A stretch of DNA of 64,000 nt from Blastocystis sp. Blastoise. Its lineage: Eukaryota; Protista; Bigyra: Opalinata. The translations under genes were made by a program, and so were the position numbers. The notes beneath the pieces were generated by a model. That model saw nothing but the letters and a program-made list of their open reading frames with translations. It was not told the DNA's origin and searched no databases. This document shows, piece by piece, positions 1 through 19,576 of the stretch (positions are counted from its first letter, which is position 1; every line of letters begins with the position of its first letter). The stretch is taken from the NCBI GenBank assembly GCA_039096225.1, contig JBBPEB010000009.1, forward strand, positions 1,674,001 to 1,738,000. The letters run 5' to 3'.

Positions 1-106
1 TTAGAAAACAATTAGAAATAAATAGATCAGTATATGGAATTTTATGAATATATATATAATAGATACTATATATATGTATAATGAATTTACAAAGGTTATT
101 TTGTTT

Positions 107-2162
107 TTACTTTCTCTTCTTAATATAAAGAGGGACATTTGTATCTGCGTCATCATCATCATCACTGTATATATATATATATATATATATGTATATAATA
201 TAATAATGAAATAAAGATTTTTTTGAAATTAAAAATATTAAAAATATTAAAAATAAATAAATAAATAGATAAATAAATAAATAAATACCTTGAGAATTCG
301 ACAGGAGGAACGGAAGTATCTACTCCAAAGAGAATGCCTCCTGTGGCGTTATTTGCTTCATTCTTAAGCATTTCTGTGCTTTTCTTAAGTTCATCTCTAG
401 TATATTCCATAGTATTCTTAAATAATGTTATACTGTCTTTAATTAAATATCCTATAGCAAATAGACATCCGCCTAGAATAATAAGAATAAGAAGAGTAAA
501 GAAGAAACGACGATAGAAGAAGGAGAAATATTGATGATATGCCCATTGTTTAATAGTATCTGTTTCATCATTTAAATAATTAGCAGCACAAGTAGAAAAA
601 GTAGGAACAGCATTATAATATACATAAAGAATATCATAGAGTTTATATATATATTGAATTAATGTAATTAAGTCATCACGAATTTCCTTGGGAATTTGTT
701 CATATAGACTGATATCATCTCCATGAATAAGATGAGATGCAAATGAAGTGATTTCTGTTGTCGAATTCTTTAGAATGCCACTAACAATAGTAACATTAGT
801 AGAAGCTTCTTTATAGAAAGCATCAAAATCGTGAATAAAACTATCTTTAAATATATGATAAGGAAGATTTGTCATAAATGTTTTATCTGTAAGATTATAA
901 ATAGTAATATCATAAATACTATCTAATAAAATAGGATATTGATTAAAGAAATCATGTACTGTTTGTTTAGATAATGATTCATAAGGATGAGATTCAATAA
1001 ATAAAAATAATTCATATAAATGAGCACTTGAACTAGGTATATATTTAAGAAGAGGAGCAAGAGTAGTTTTCTTTAATAAATCACCATATTCAGGTAATTT
1101 ACTAAGTATTTGTTCATTAGACTTAATAAACATAAAGATTTCTGAAGTTAAATTTTTAATTTCTGAAAGAGGAGGAAAGACAGAAGAACAGTTTTTCACA
1201 AGATCTATACCTTCTTCTGAACTAAAAACAACTAAATCTTTATATACACCATTTAAAGGTATATCATCAATAGGTATATGTTGATTATATACTATATCAT
1301 TAAGAAGAGTAGTAGAATTAATAGATTGTGGATTCACTACTTGTGTTGTAGAAATAAATGGCTTCACGAAAACACTATATGCCGGGAAAACAGCAGCAAA
1401 TCCGAGAACAGACACGAAAACTACAAATAAAACAATAAATAAAAGTATATAGAAATAGATCATCACTTTATTACACATTCTCTTTCTATAGATATATTAA
1501 TTCATTTTAAGAAATTATTATTGTTTATATACATGATTATTATTAATATTATTATTATTATTCGTATAAATAGAATAAATATAATAAATATAATAAATAT
1601 AATAAATAAAATAATATATATACCTCTCTTTAGTAATCATTTTCTTTTGATTAAAATTACGAGGTAACTTTTGACCACAATGAGGGCATAATTTCTTATT
1701 AATATCCGTTGAAGTGACAACACCAGTCTAAAAATATGTATAAAATATTGAATACAAGAAAATAAAAATAATATATATATAAGATATAATATATATATAA
1801 ATATAAAAATAAATATATATATATAAACAAAAAAAAAAATTAAAAATAAATAAAAAAAAAATATAAAAATCAATAAAAATAAAAACAAATTACTGTAGCT
1901 TTTTTAGTTACTTCTTGTAACATTGCTTGATAATCTTCTTCTTCATCAAAAACTCTAAATAAATAAAAAGGTAAAAAATGTTATTTATTTCAATAAAAGA
2001 AACAAAATTTACTTGACTCCTTTCCAAAGCAACTATAGAAGAAATATTAATATTTATAAATATTGTAAATCAATATAAATATACATATTCTTGACGTAAA
2101 GCACGAATAATTAAAGTTAATGTTGACACATAAGAAATTAATGTGAAGATATTATACTTCAT
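107..2162 (-). CDS. Multi-exon predicted membrane protein of unknown function
   Basis: GT-AG splicing gives MKYNIFTLISYVSTLTLIIRALRQEY...VFDEEEDYQAMLQEVTKKA...KKLCPHCGQKLP, then the 438-aa ORF with two hydrophobic TM segments, then a last exon DDDADTNVPLYIKKRK*. No family recognised. Confidence 0.6.
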
Positions 2163-2452
2163 TAAGAAATTAATGATTGTCATAAACATCTTTAGAAGAT
2201 CTTTATTTAAATAGTAATGGATAAAGAAAGCAAAAAGATATACACAGTATTTAATGAAAATGAGAGAAAGTGTCTTTTTTTTAATTACAAAAAAAAATCA
2301 TATTTGTTTCGAAGAATTCCCCTCAAAAACAATAAATAACCTTGAAAAAGAAATTCTTGATTCAAACCATCCTTTGGGCTAATAGTTCGTTATCTTGATA
2401 TTTTAATTCGTCTCAACAGTTTAAGTTATCCTATTTTATATGATAATTGAAT

Positions 2453-4236
2453 ATGGGTGATACTTCAGACAAATCTATTGTTTATCAGGATCAGATTACT
2501 AAAGTGGCGAAGGCTTTACGTAGAGCACAAGCAATATACTTATTATCTGGAGCAGGAATGTCAGCAAATTCTGGATTAAAAACATATAATGACATTGCAA
2601 GTATTTTCTTGTTATTTTCTTTATGTATATATTCATTAACTGATCATTAGATGTTCCACAATATACGAAGAATAAAATTGAATATCATGATTTGTGTGAT
2701 TCTGAGTTAGTATGTATTTTATTATTCCATTATCTATAGTTATTTTGTTATGTTGATTATTTGAGAATCATAACTTGTTTCTATTATTAATCATATATTT
2801 GTATAGGAAACAACGAATCCTAAGTTATTTTGGGGTTTTTGGGGTCAATGTGCTGAAAGTTATAAAGAAGCTATTCCTCATCAGGGGTATGATTCTTGAC
2901 ATTATTTATTTCTGTAGAGACTATTTTATATTTATAAATGGCTTTTATATTCATTTATAGTATTAAAAATTATAGTAAATACATTTAAATATTTGTATAT
3001 ATATATAGATATTTGATATTAAAGAAATGGCGTGATGAAATATGTGCTAAAGAGAGTAATCAGGAATTCAAGAAATCTATATTAAAACAATATAAAAAGT
3101 TATATAAATTAGACGTTGATGATAAAATCCCTAAAGCAATTCCCACTTGTTTTTTTAGCTATACTTCAAATGTTGATGGATTATTTTTAAAAGCAGGTTT
3201 CTCTTCTTCAGAATTACTTGAAATTCACGGGAATTGTCTGAAATTACAGTGTAAAAATGAGGATTGTAATTATATATATGATTATCCTGATGATTTTAAT
3301 ATACAAAATAATGAAGAATTATTAGCAACAAATGTGGGTATATATATAGTTTGTTTTATGATTATATTTTTATGATTTTTATGATTATATGGTTATTAAG
3401 ATTTTTATGATTATTATTCTATTCTTCTTCTTATTGATATTATACTTTTATTTATTCTATTATTATGTAATACTATATATAATATACTATTCTTTAAAGA
3501 GGATCTTCCAAAATGCCCGCTATGTAATACTATTCCCCGCCCTCACGTGATGATGTTTGATGATGAGGATTTTGTTCCTATTCAAGAACAATATGATAAT
3601 TATGATATTTGGGAAGAAGCTTTAGAAGATGTATATATATAAATAGAGTATTATTAATTATATTATTATTATATTATTATTATTATATTTTTATAATATT
3701 TCTTCTTCTTCTTTTTCTTCTTCTTATTATTATTATATATATATAGGTATTATGTAGTAAAGATGATTATAGTTGTGTTATGCTTGAAATTGGATGTGGA
3801 ATGAAAGTATATATATATATATATATATATATAAATATATATATAGAATTATAATAATAACAAAATATCAATTCATTCTACCTAACAATACTATTCTATA
3901 TAGGTATTAAGTATAAAATATGAGAGTGAAGCTGTTTTAGGTGATATTTTAACTCATTATATTCCCACGGAAATCACGCGTTCTCTTCCTCAAAGAAGTC
4001 CTGAATTTCTTCTTAAAAAAGTTTTATTAGTTCGTATTAATATAGAGAAAGGAAGTTATTTAGATTATTATCAGGAATGGAATGATACTAAAGTAGACTA
4101 TGATTTTAGATTGAATATTATTGATATTGTAGGTAATGCAGAACAAGTACTATGTGATATTGATAATGAATTATATATACTTAAAGAGCTAGACGGAGAT
4201 ACTCTCTCTGAAATTGAAAATAAACAACAAGAATAA
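2453..4236 (+). CDS. Sir2-family NAD-dependent deacylase (divergent sirtuin), spliced
   Basis: Motifs in order across exons: GAGMSANSGLKTY, YTSNVDGLFLKAG, LEIHGN (catalytic His), Zn knuckles CKNEDC and PKCPLC, PRPHVMMF, LEIGCG, LVRIN. Confidence 0.92.
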
Positions 4237-4858
4237 TCTGTTATATATATATGTTCTTTTTTATAGTTTTATATCTTGGTGTTCAATTATTCTTGTTGGA
4301 TTTTATTTCAAATATAAGATGAAAGATACACATTTAAAATAGAAAAACAAATAAACACCACGTGATACTTTTTCAAGTGTATTTGTTTTTTGACTAATTA
4401 ATGAAAAAAAAAGAATATTTAAGATAACCATTCAAAACATAAAGACTAATAAAAATAATATACACAATATATAAATGAATAAGAATGAAAAAATAAAAGA
4501 TTATTACATAACAATGACTGTTTTTGACACATTTATCAATAAATAAAATAGTCATTGATGAACTAATCTTTCTATATTTATTTAAATTTGTGAAAAGGTA
4601 AATAACAACATCGTTGAGTTGAAAAAAAAATGAAGATATGTTTGAAAATGTCCAAAATTAGCTGGTATTCCTTAAAATTTCTTTGGGAATCCTCGAAAAA
4701 ATGGAATTGTTTTCTTTATTCATTTTAAATGATTTACTCATCGCATATTATTTAAAAAGGTTTTTATTTGTATTACATATATTTATCGAAACGTATATAT
4801 AGAATCCTTACTTGTTTAGAATTATTCTCGTTAGTTTTTAATTTTTTTTATCGCTGTT

Positions 4859-6688
4859 ATGCTTGAAGAACAAGATATTTCGATACTATTAGATATTATT
4901 CATGTATCAGATTCTTAGTTATACATTATTTTTACATTAGCTCTCTACAACTCCACTTGATGAAGTCTATAATCGTTTTATAACGGTATTTCCAGATTCA
5001 AAAATATTTATTTTATCTACATGTCTATCTACGTTGTTACGAGACAATTATCTTACTGAATCAGAGGTATTTGCTTTTCATTTCTTTTTTTTTCATTTTA
5101 TTTTTAAATATAGAGAATTATTGCCTATTATATTTTATGCAAATTATATCCAGCAGATGAAAATAACATGAATCCTTATATTGATTTGTTTATTATCGAC
5201 TTAGAAAATGTATTTTTATGAGTAATAAGTTAGTTAGTTTTTTTCATTCTTCATATATATATTTGTGTGCTATTATATATTATTGAATATAGTCACCCAA
5301 TGTTATTGAAATCGATTTTCTTGAAGATATTATTATTAATAATAATATAGCAAAGGTATATTGTTGTTCCGTTTATGTTTATTATTATTATGTTTAAAGT
5401 AGTATAAATTATTATTATCTTTTACTTATTATATATATATAGTATGATTCTATTACTTCATCTCTTCTTCTTTCTCAGTATACGAATCAACAAAATAAAC
5501 AAATAGTCAGACCGTCAACAGAAACACTTCGTCATTCATTCGATTCATTTTATCCTATTCCTCCAGGTATATATATATGTAATTATTATTATTGTTAATA
5601 TTATTGTTAATATTATTAATATTATAATGGCTTTAAAATAACATTAAAATAATATACAATTTTATTATGAATATTATAATAAATATTTTTCATTAATTAT
5701 TTTTTTATTTTTAATATAACTGTATATATAGCATTAAGAGAAAAAGGTGTTTCGAATTCGTTTAATACATATCTTTCTATTACTAATAATACTATATATC
5801 AATTTCAAAGACCTACAGATTCATTATCTTCTATTACATTAAGTGGAATAATCACGGGGAATATCATGAATTGGATGGGTATGGAACCTGAATTACCTGA
5901 TATACAACCGCCTGTTTTTCCTATGAATAAATCACAATTATTTTTCACATGTCCCTCGTTGATCCCTCTTTCATTTGAATGTGTTCCAGATCCCCTCGTG
6001 GCACCTGACTTCTCAACGGTAATCACACTATTACAAAACAGTTTAAACCGTATTTTAACAGAAGAAGAAACAAATACTGTATATTTTAATATTATTATTA
6101 GTATATTTATAGTTTATTCCATTTTTATTTATTATTATTATCTTATATATAGTTATTATTATTCTTTTATATATACTTATTATTATTATCTTATATATAC
6201 TTATTATTATTATCTTATATATAGTTATTTACAACTACATATGATATTAAGAATTATATGGATTATATATATACATCGTCATCAGTAACATCGTCATTCA
6301 CACTTTATTCACAGTCAGTGAACTCACTATGCGCGTCACTCCTTCAAAAACCAATCGTTGAAACTGTATTCTCTCCGCACGTGATGAAATCCCTCATATA
6401 TTATAATCATAACATAGCAATTTGGTTTTTAAATTATATATTTTCTAACAGTATTCAAACAGATGAGTATAAATAATATTATTGATCTATATTATTATAA
6501 TTTATTTTTATTTTATTATTTATTTTTATTTTATAATTTATTTTTATTTTATAATTTATTTTTATTTTATAATTTATTTTTATAATTTTTATAATTAAAA
6601 CCATTGAATATAATATTTACATTTTTTTTTAATCTTTGCCAATATTTAAATATTTCTATAAAATAATATATATATTATATTTCTATAA

Positions 6689-6779
<91 letters not shown>

Positions 6780-7265
6780 TTTAGATGCTATTGTGTCTAT
6801 TCCTATATCAAAAAAAGTGATGGATGTTGTATATAATTTATGCTTAAGATTCAAATTCCCCAAAACATTTTTCAAATTATTTATTTCTAATTGTATTGAT
6901 TTTGTTAATAAAACAGAAGACAAAAAACAACAAGTATTTTTTATTATTATTTATTATTTTTTTTTATTATTTATTATTGTTTATCATTATATATTTGTTC
7001 ATTATGGAACTATATATAATCATATATATATATAGAATAAAAATGCTATTTTACTGTCTATCTTTCTTCAATCTTTGATTAAAAATAATATATTTGATTG
7101 CAAGGTATATTGATTATTATTATTATATGTGAACTCTATATTTATATATTATTTTATTGAAATATATATATTTTTTTATAGGAATTATCAAATGAAATCT
7201 TATCATTCTGTTTCTTCTTTTCGTACCTAAGAGAAGTCCTTCTATTACTTCAACAAATGAACTGA
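4859..7265 (+). CDS. CNOT11: CCR4-NOT complex subunit 11, spliced
   Basis: C-terminal exons splice to ...VMDVVYNLCLRFKFPKTFFKLFISNCIDFVNKTEDKKQQNKNAILLSIFLQSLIKNNIFDCKELSNEILSFCFFFSYLREV..., matching the CNOT11 C-terminal consensus (LYISNCI...FLQSLIRNKI...FC.EFS.IRE). Confidence 0.88.
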
Positions 7266-7703
7266 TTATAAAAAAAAAAAAACAGAAATTATATTTTGTT
7301 TTGTTGTATTTTAAATAGTAAGAAACACTAGAATCAATATATCTATATATAAAGATTATATCTTTAGCTTTATAGGATCTAATTTAAAAAAATATATCCT
7401 ATGATCCATCAATTCTGAAAGTTATTCTTATATTATTGATTTAACAAAACATAAAGATATGATTTATATATCATACATTAGTAAAAACTCTGAATTATAA
7501 TGTATACACCCAATCATTAAATAAATAAAGAATAAAAAAAACTGTCTTTCATACTTATCATTTTTAAAGCCATTATATACAGAAAACCGTAAAACATCTT
7601 GGAATCAAAATCTTTTTTTTTTTCATTTTTTGATTATATTAATTTTTCATTATTAAATAGCATTAATTTGTTTTTTTAACTTTTATAAATATTATAAACG
7701 AAT

Positions 7704-8465
7704 ATGGAAGAGCAACGTGGACATTGGATGAAGTATTCTCAACCTAGTTATGGTGATGAAGCTGGTGAAGTTTATTTTTATAATACTATAACTGGAGAAT
7801 CTACTTGGGATATTCCTGAGGAATTTAAAGATGAAATTCATGAAGAAAAAATTGGTATTTTTCTTTTTGATGATCTATTTCAGTTTATTTATTTTTGTTT
7901 TATTCATATATTATTGATGATTGTAATAAACAAATAATATATAGATGAAGTTGTATTAAAACATGCTTCTACTGTATCAAAAGCTGAAGATTTAGCAAAA
8001 TTCTTGAAAGATATTGGCTTAGATAAACAAGAAAATATAAAACCAAATTCGGTTCGTTTATTATATGAAGGATGCAAAAGTATGATATAAATATTATTAT
8101 ATAATTCGATGAAATTATTATATTCTATATTTCTATTTTTTAAATATTTTCTTTCTTTATAGATATTGCTACTCCTGAAGACTGGGCTGAATATATGAAA
8201 CAAAAAGATTATTTATTTATTCAAATCTTATTATTTATATTTGTATATTATTTATTTTTTTATGTTATTAATATATTATTTATTTTATGTTCTTATTATA
8301 TTATTAATATTTTTATGTTATTAATATATTATTTATTTATATTTTAATGCTATTAATATATTATTAATATTTTAATGTTATTAATATATATATATATAGA
8401 ATAAAACGACTGATCTTGAAGAATTGATTGCTACTTGCCATATATTTATATTTTTAGGTATATAT

Positions 8466-8497
<32 letters not shown>

Positions 8498-8636
8498 GCT
8501 GAATTTGATGAGTCTATTTTGGGATTAATAAAATATGAAAAATTTATTTCAATGAAATATGTATATTTATATATTATTATATTATTATAATTATATATAG
8601 TTATATAATACAATAGGAAAAACTATTTTACAACAT

Positions 8637-8701
<65 letters not shown>

Positions 8702-9339
8702 ATATATATATATAGATGAAGATTTGTTGCCTTTATATGTATTTTTAGACGCTCTTTTAAGATATGATACTAAACAAATTATTAAATGTATATATAGTAT
8801 ACAATATATAGTATATAGTATATATATAGTATTACCAACAATGTCATTTTTAAAGGTATTAACTGAATATGCAAATAATCGTGACGAACTCTTCGTCAAT
8901 TATGCTCTCTCTATCTCTGTATATTCATCTATTCCCATGAGAATCATTATATATATATATAGTTATCTATTTCTTATTATTGTTCTGTTCCCGATAAAAA
9001 TCCATTTTTACAACTTGTGTATTCAAGTATATATATTAATATATATATATATATAATATATATAGATACATTTCCTTTTATTACTTCTGATATATTGAAA
9101 ACAATAAATCTTTTAGGTACTCCTTGTAAAGTAAATTATATATATATTTATATATTTATATTTCATATAAATTATATATATATTCTATATAGGATGATGT
9201 GCTATTACTGTTTATATTAGTGTTTTTGGGAGAAGTATTTTCTACAGAACGAAATAAAGATGTGTTTTATACAAATGATATTCATATGTTAATAGATATT
9301 ATTATTCGAGAAGTTCAAGATTTACCAAGACAAGATTTA

Positions 9340-9428
<89 letters not shown>

Positions 9429-9746
9429 TATATATATATATAGAGTCGTACAAGATATTTAATGGTTTTACAAGGTATTCTAGAAACATCTGATTGGAAA
9501 CAAGTATATATATATAATATATATATAGTATATTATAACTATATATAACTATAAATCTATATATAACTATATATAACTATAAATCTATATCTATATAAAT
9601 ATAAATATATCTATATATAGGATCTTTATAGACATAAGGATATATATGAATGTTTGCATAGTCTTATGTATATAGAAGGAGTAGAAGAAACAGCTCGAAA
9701 AACAGCGGATGAACTGGTTGTTCAATTCTTAGAATATTTACAATAA
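7704..9746 (+). CDS. WW-domain protein with SPIN90/Ldb17 (WDS family Arp2/3 activator) C-terminal domain
   Basis: N-terminal WW (HWMKY...GEVYFYNTITGESTWDIP) and the C-terminal signature FYTNDIHMLIDIIIREVQDLP. About 12 short exons. Confidence 0.8.
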
Positions 9747-10249
9747 TATATATATATATAAGTAAAACAATTCTTATTATTATTTTTCATCACTCTCTTC
9801 ATTTATAAATTTATATGTATAAATATATATATAATCAATATACATCCAAATAGATATACATAGTTTTTAAAATATATATGTATATACATAATCATTTTAT
9901 TTTCCTTACTTTTTTTGTATTTACATATTTATATATATATATGTTTTTTTTTGAAATATTTATACTAAATATATATATGAATTCATCATATTATTTGAAA
10001 TTTGTTTGTTCTAGTATTTATTTTATTACTTACTATTTCAATATATATTTAACTATGCATAAAATGATATCCTTAATAAGGATAATATATCATGTAATTC
10101 ATTCTTTGATATATATGTTTCAAGTCATATATTCATTAAAAAAATAACAAAAACAACAATAAATAATTATATATTTGAACAAGAAAAATTAGATAATAAT
10201 AAAGTAATTAGGATATATATATTAATAAGAATTAAAAAAAGAGAATAGT

Positions 10250-14791
<4,542 letters not shown>

Positions 14792-15586
14792 GGTAGAGAA
14801 TTTCGTGAATAGTCTCAGAACAAATCTAATCTTTAAAAAAATGCAAAAAAAAGATTATCTGTTTAGTGATTGATAATTGAAAATTTTGCATCTAATTTCT
14901 ATGACTTTTTAGATCACTTTTCAAACATAACAACTGAAAAAAGCTGAAAATGTTTTGTGTTTTAAAGACTTTTCTTTTATTAATTTTTAAGATTACATTT
15001 TTGTATACCGAATATAATTATTCAGACTGATCATATAATACTTAAACAGTTCATAAAAATAAAAATTGTTGAGATCTAACAGTTTTTTAAAATAGAATCA
15101 TAACTAATGCTTCTATTTATTGTGTGAAGGTGTTTCTCGAAAGATTAGAAGATATAAGCAAGTATAAAATATAAATGAAATTGACTAATATGAATAATTA
15201 TTTTTTTGTACGAATTTGTTTTTATTAAAAAGGAAATATATTTATTTTTCCAATCCTCACATGTATCACTGAAATCAAAGAATAGAAAATTAAGCTAATA
15301 CATCACATGATCAGTAGGAAGAACAACAATATATTCAGATATTATTATAAAAATAAGATATCTGAGGCTTACAATGTTCAATAGTTTATTGAAATACATG
15401 AATTGAGTTCAAAAAGTTTTTATTCCTAATAATTCTTAAATGAAAAAAAAGAAAATAGAATCTAAAAAAGTAAAAATGAACTAAAATTTTTATTAGAATC
15501 GTGGATTTCTTTATAAACTTTTCTTCCGTTTTTAAAGTTTTATATATTATAAAGAAAGTGTAATCTGTGTTTCCTATTTGATTACA

Positions 15587-18582
15587 ATGAGTTCTCTAAG
15601 ATTATTCATGTTCTTTATGATCGTGTTGTTATCTTTAATTCAAGTAATTTCTTCAATACTCTTTTTCATTCTAATTCTTCTTATTCTAGAATGCATATGC
15701 ACAACCGAAAGAGAAAGAAAAAGTGAATTCAAAAACGAATCATAATATAGAAAATAAAGATTTTATTATTCAGAATTATATGACATTATTAGAAAAAAGT
15801 ATTTTAAAAATTTATTTGTAGTTCCTTAGAGACTGCTATACGTTTTTAAAATTGATATTCTATATTTTTTAGATCCTAATGACATTGTCATTCGAAATAG
15901 TCTTGGATTATTGTTGATAGAAAGTCAAGAATATGAAGAAGCATTAAAACAATTTGAATTCTTGGTTAATAAAGTTCCTACGTAAATATTTATGTTTTTT
16001 TAATGTTAAATAGATGTTTTTTTCAAATTTTTCTTATATATTTATTTATATAGTGAACTTAAATATCGTTTATCGAGATGGGAATGTATATATAAATTAA
16101 AAACTGTATCGAAATATATGAATGAATTACAAAGAGATATTCGTAAATATAAAAATATATCCATATTGAGAAACTGTCTTTATGAAGCTTTTTTTGAATT
16201 AGAAAAAGTTAATGTATATAGATATTTATTTATGTTTATAGATTTATTTTAATGTTTATTAATGCTTTTTTGATTATATTTATTTTTTATGATTATATAT
16301 ATATTTTATGATTATATATATTATATATATTATATATTATATATATTATATATATTATATGTATTATATATATATATAGGATATGGAAGTATTTATTTTG
16401 GAGGATGAAAAACTAAAGCAAATAGATGATGTTGTATAATATATAATATATATAATATATATAATATATAATATATAATATATATAATATATATAATATA
16501 TATAATATATATAATATATAATATATATAATATATAATATATATAATATATATAATATATATAATATATATAAATAGTATTATTATTGGAAGTCTGTGAT
16601 ATTTTATAAGAGAGAACAATATAAATATGCATTAATGAATTTTGATCGAATGAAAAGTATATATATAATAATAATATGTATAATAATATGATATATATAT
16701 ATATATATATAGCTCCGTTCGCTTTTAACCCTGATTTCAGTTGGTATTATGGGTCTGCGGCCTATTACGCAAAACTATTTGATAAAGTGGGTATGTAATA
16801 ATAAATAATAATAATAAATATAATAAGTTTTAAAAATAAGTATAATAATAATATATATATATATATAGTGACTCCATTTATGTATTTAGTTAAAGATGGA
16901 AAAAACATGTATATATATATATAATATAATATATAATTATATATATATATATATATAGTCCCTCAGATCGAATGTTAACAGTATTCCAGTTTCTGATGGA
17001 ATCATTGGATATTATTCAATCCCCCAAAGAGGGTATTGAAGTTTATATTCAATTTAATAGTCGATTTCCTAAATTTATGAAACCATTATATGATATATAT
17101 ATAGCAAATCATTATTGCTCATTAACATTATTAGGAAAACAATATAAAGAAACTTATTCTAGAGGTATGTATTATTTATATTATTTATATTATTTATTAT
17201 TTATTATTTCCATTATTTATATTATTTATTATATATATTATATATATTATATATATTATATATATATTATATATATATATATATAGGTATAAGTATAATT
17301 GATAAATTGAGTCAACGAACGGGTTCTGGTTATAATGCTACTCATATTTATTTAAATTATATGAAAGGTGTATGTTATACTTTAGCTGGCCATTATATAC
17401 AAGCTGCATATACATTATCACCCTATATACTTCCTCTGCCTCAAAAAGATAGTAATAACCACGGGAATCCAAAAGATATTCAAGATGATAGTATTCCATT
17501 CTCTAGCCAATCCTCTGTTTCTACTCCATTTGTGTTCCATTATACCCCCACATCGTTAGAATATATAACGGATGATATGTTAACAGTATTATATAATAAT
17601 ATTCATCCTCAGAAGTGTCCGTTAATGGATTCGTTGCACGTGGATGTTGAAACGGCTGAGGGATTTAAAGATGTGATTGGTTCTTATGAATATAAACGTC
17701 AAGTACAAACGTATTATGAACAAGGACCCAACGTTGAACCAGGAGAATATCTAGATCATATAGTCAAAGAATTCTGGAGTAATTATCAAGGTATATTTAT
17801 TATATATTATATATTATATATTATATATTATATATCTTTTTTTACAGATTTTTCAGAATCAAAATATATATATAATAATCCATATGAAGAACCAAGAAAA
17901 AGGTATATATTATTATTATTAGTATGTTTATATATAATAATTATTATATATATAGTAAAGTAGTTGATCGATCTATATCCTTATATATATATATATATAT
18001 AACTATTATCACTATATATAAATATCTTAATAAATAACGTGTCTGACAGTACAATTGCCCGCTTTTATGTTTATATTATGGCGCCCTCTGTGTCTCCTCT
18101 TCGATTATATATACTTAAAGATTTTATCTTTATCGACCAAAAGAAAGAAAAGTATATATATATTCTTTTTTTTATTATAGATAATAGTTTTTATTAGTAT
18201 TCTTTAGTTATATATATATATATATATATATAGATCTCAAGGGGAATCAATGGAATGTGGAGTATATAAACAATATATATATATAACTATATATATATAG
18301 GTATCCTATTCTATTACAAATACCACCCTTGAAATTGGCGGGAAAAACATTGATATGGAACCTCATATTACAAGAATAAAGTATATATATATAATATATA
18401 TATATATATATAACTATATATATAGGCATATATCCTATATGTCTATATATTCAATAATGAAATTGGCTCAAATAAATAATGAAACATTAGACATCGAACA
18501 ACCTTATATTATTCCTGAAGAAGATAAAGAATATCCTTACATATATATATATATATATATAGTTATATTTTTATATATCTAG

Positions 18583-18616
<34 letters not shown>

Positions 18617-19576
18617 TTAATAATCACGATTATTCGTGGTCGAAAATTTGATTTTGCGACAGAAGGAGCAGAAAATATAAACAGATGTTTTAGGTATATA
18701 TATATAACTATATAACTATATAACTATATAACTATATATAACTATATAACTATATAACTATATAATTCTATATATAACTATATAACTATATAACTATATA
18801 ACTATATAATTCTATATATATAACTATATATATTACTATATATATAACTATATAACTATATAACTATATATATTACTATATATATCTAGTACATATCGCT
18901 TAGAGTTTTCTTTAATGAAAGATGATCAGATCTATTTACGTCATATAGTTAACGGCTTCTCTATATATAGACCATTCAAATGCTCTAATCAACAAATATG
19001 TATATATAATAATAATAATATATATATATATATATATAGATTTAACATATATGCGTCGTTTTGTATTAGCGCAAACTTATAATCGATATTTAGGACAACA
19101 TGAACAATATAAAGAAATGTATATATATAACTATAATAACAGTAAAACTCTAACCATATAAATTAACTATAATTATAATAATAATAATAACAATAACTAT
19201 CACTTTATATATATAGTGACGAGTCTATTCGTCATTCAATACATAAAAAGTATCCGTACACTTTATTTTCTCCATTATCTCCCGTACGTGAAACACAATT
19301 AGTTTTATTGGAGCGTGAATTATGGGGATTAGAATCGTATATAGAGCCACTTTTGGGATTCAAATTATTCTTTGATCGAATGAAAGTATATATATATATA
19401 TATAAATAATAAAAAAATGAATATCATCTATATCTATAAATAACTATTTATATATTTTATAGTTAATGAATTCTATCGAATCATTCACATATGATTATTA
19501 TTTATTACGAAAAGAAGAAGAATTACTGAAGCAAAAAGATCCAATCAAAATGCTTCTTTCCAAAAAGTGGAACTAA
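15587..19576 (+). CDS. Signal-peptide, TPR-containing protein of unknown function, many exons
   Basis: Hydrophobic start MSSLRLFMFFMIVLLSLIQ and TPR-like DPNDIVIRNSLGLLLIESQEYEEALKQFEFLVNKVP. The exon junctions I checked stay in frame, and the last exon ends LLSKKWN*. Confidence 0.7.
17975..18038 (+). other. U12-type (minor spliceosome) AT-AC intron
   Basis: 5' ATATCCTT, branch-like ATCTTAAT near the 3' end, terminal AC. Removal gives in-frame ...KVVDRS|VSDSTIARFYVY. Confidence 0.85.
18531..18627 (+). other. U12-type (minor spliceosome) AT-AC intron
   Basis: 5' ATATCCTT, branch TCCTTAAT at 18614-18621, terminal AC. Removal gives in-frame ...PEEDKE|IIRGRKFDF. Confidence 0.88.
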
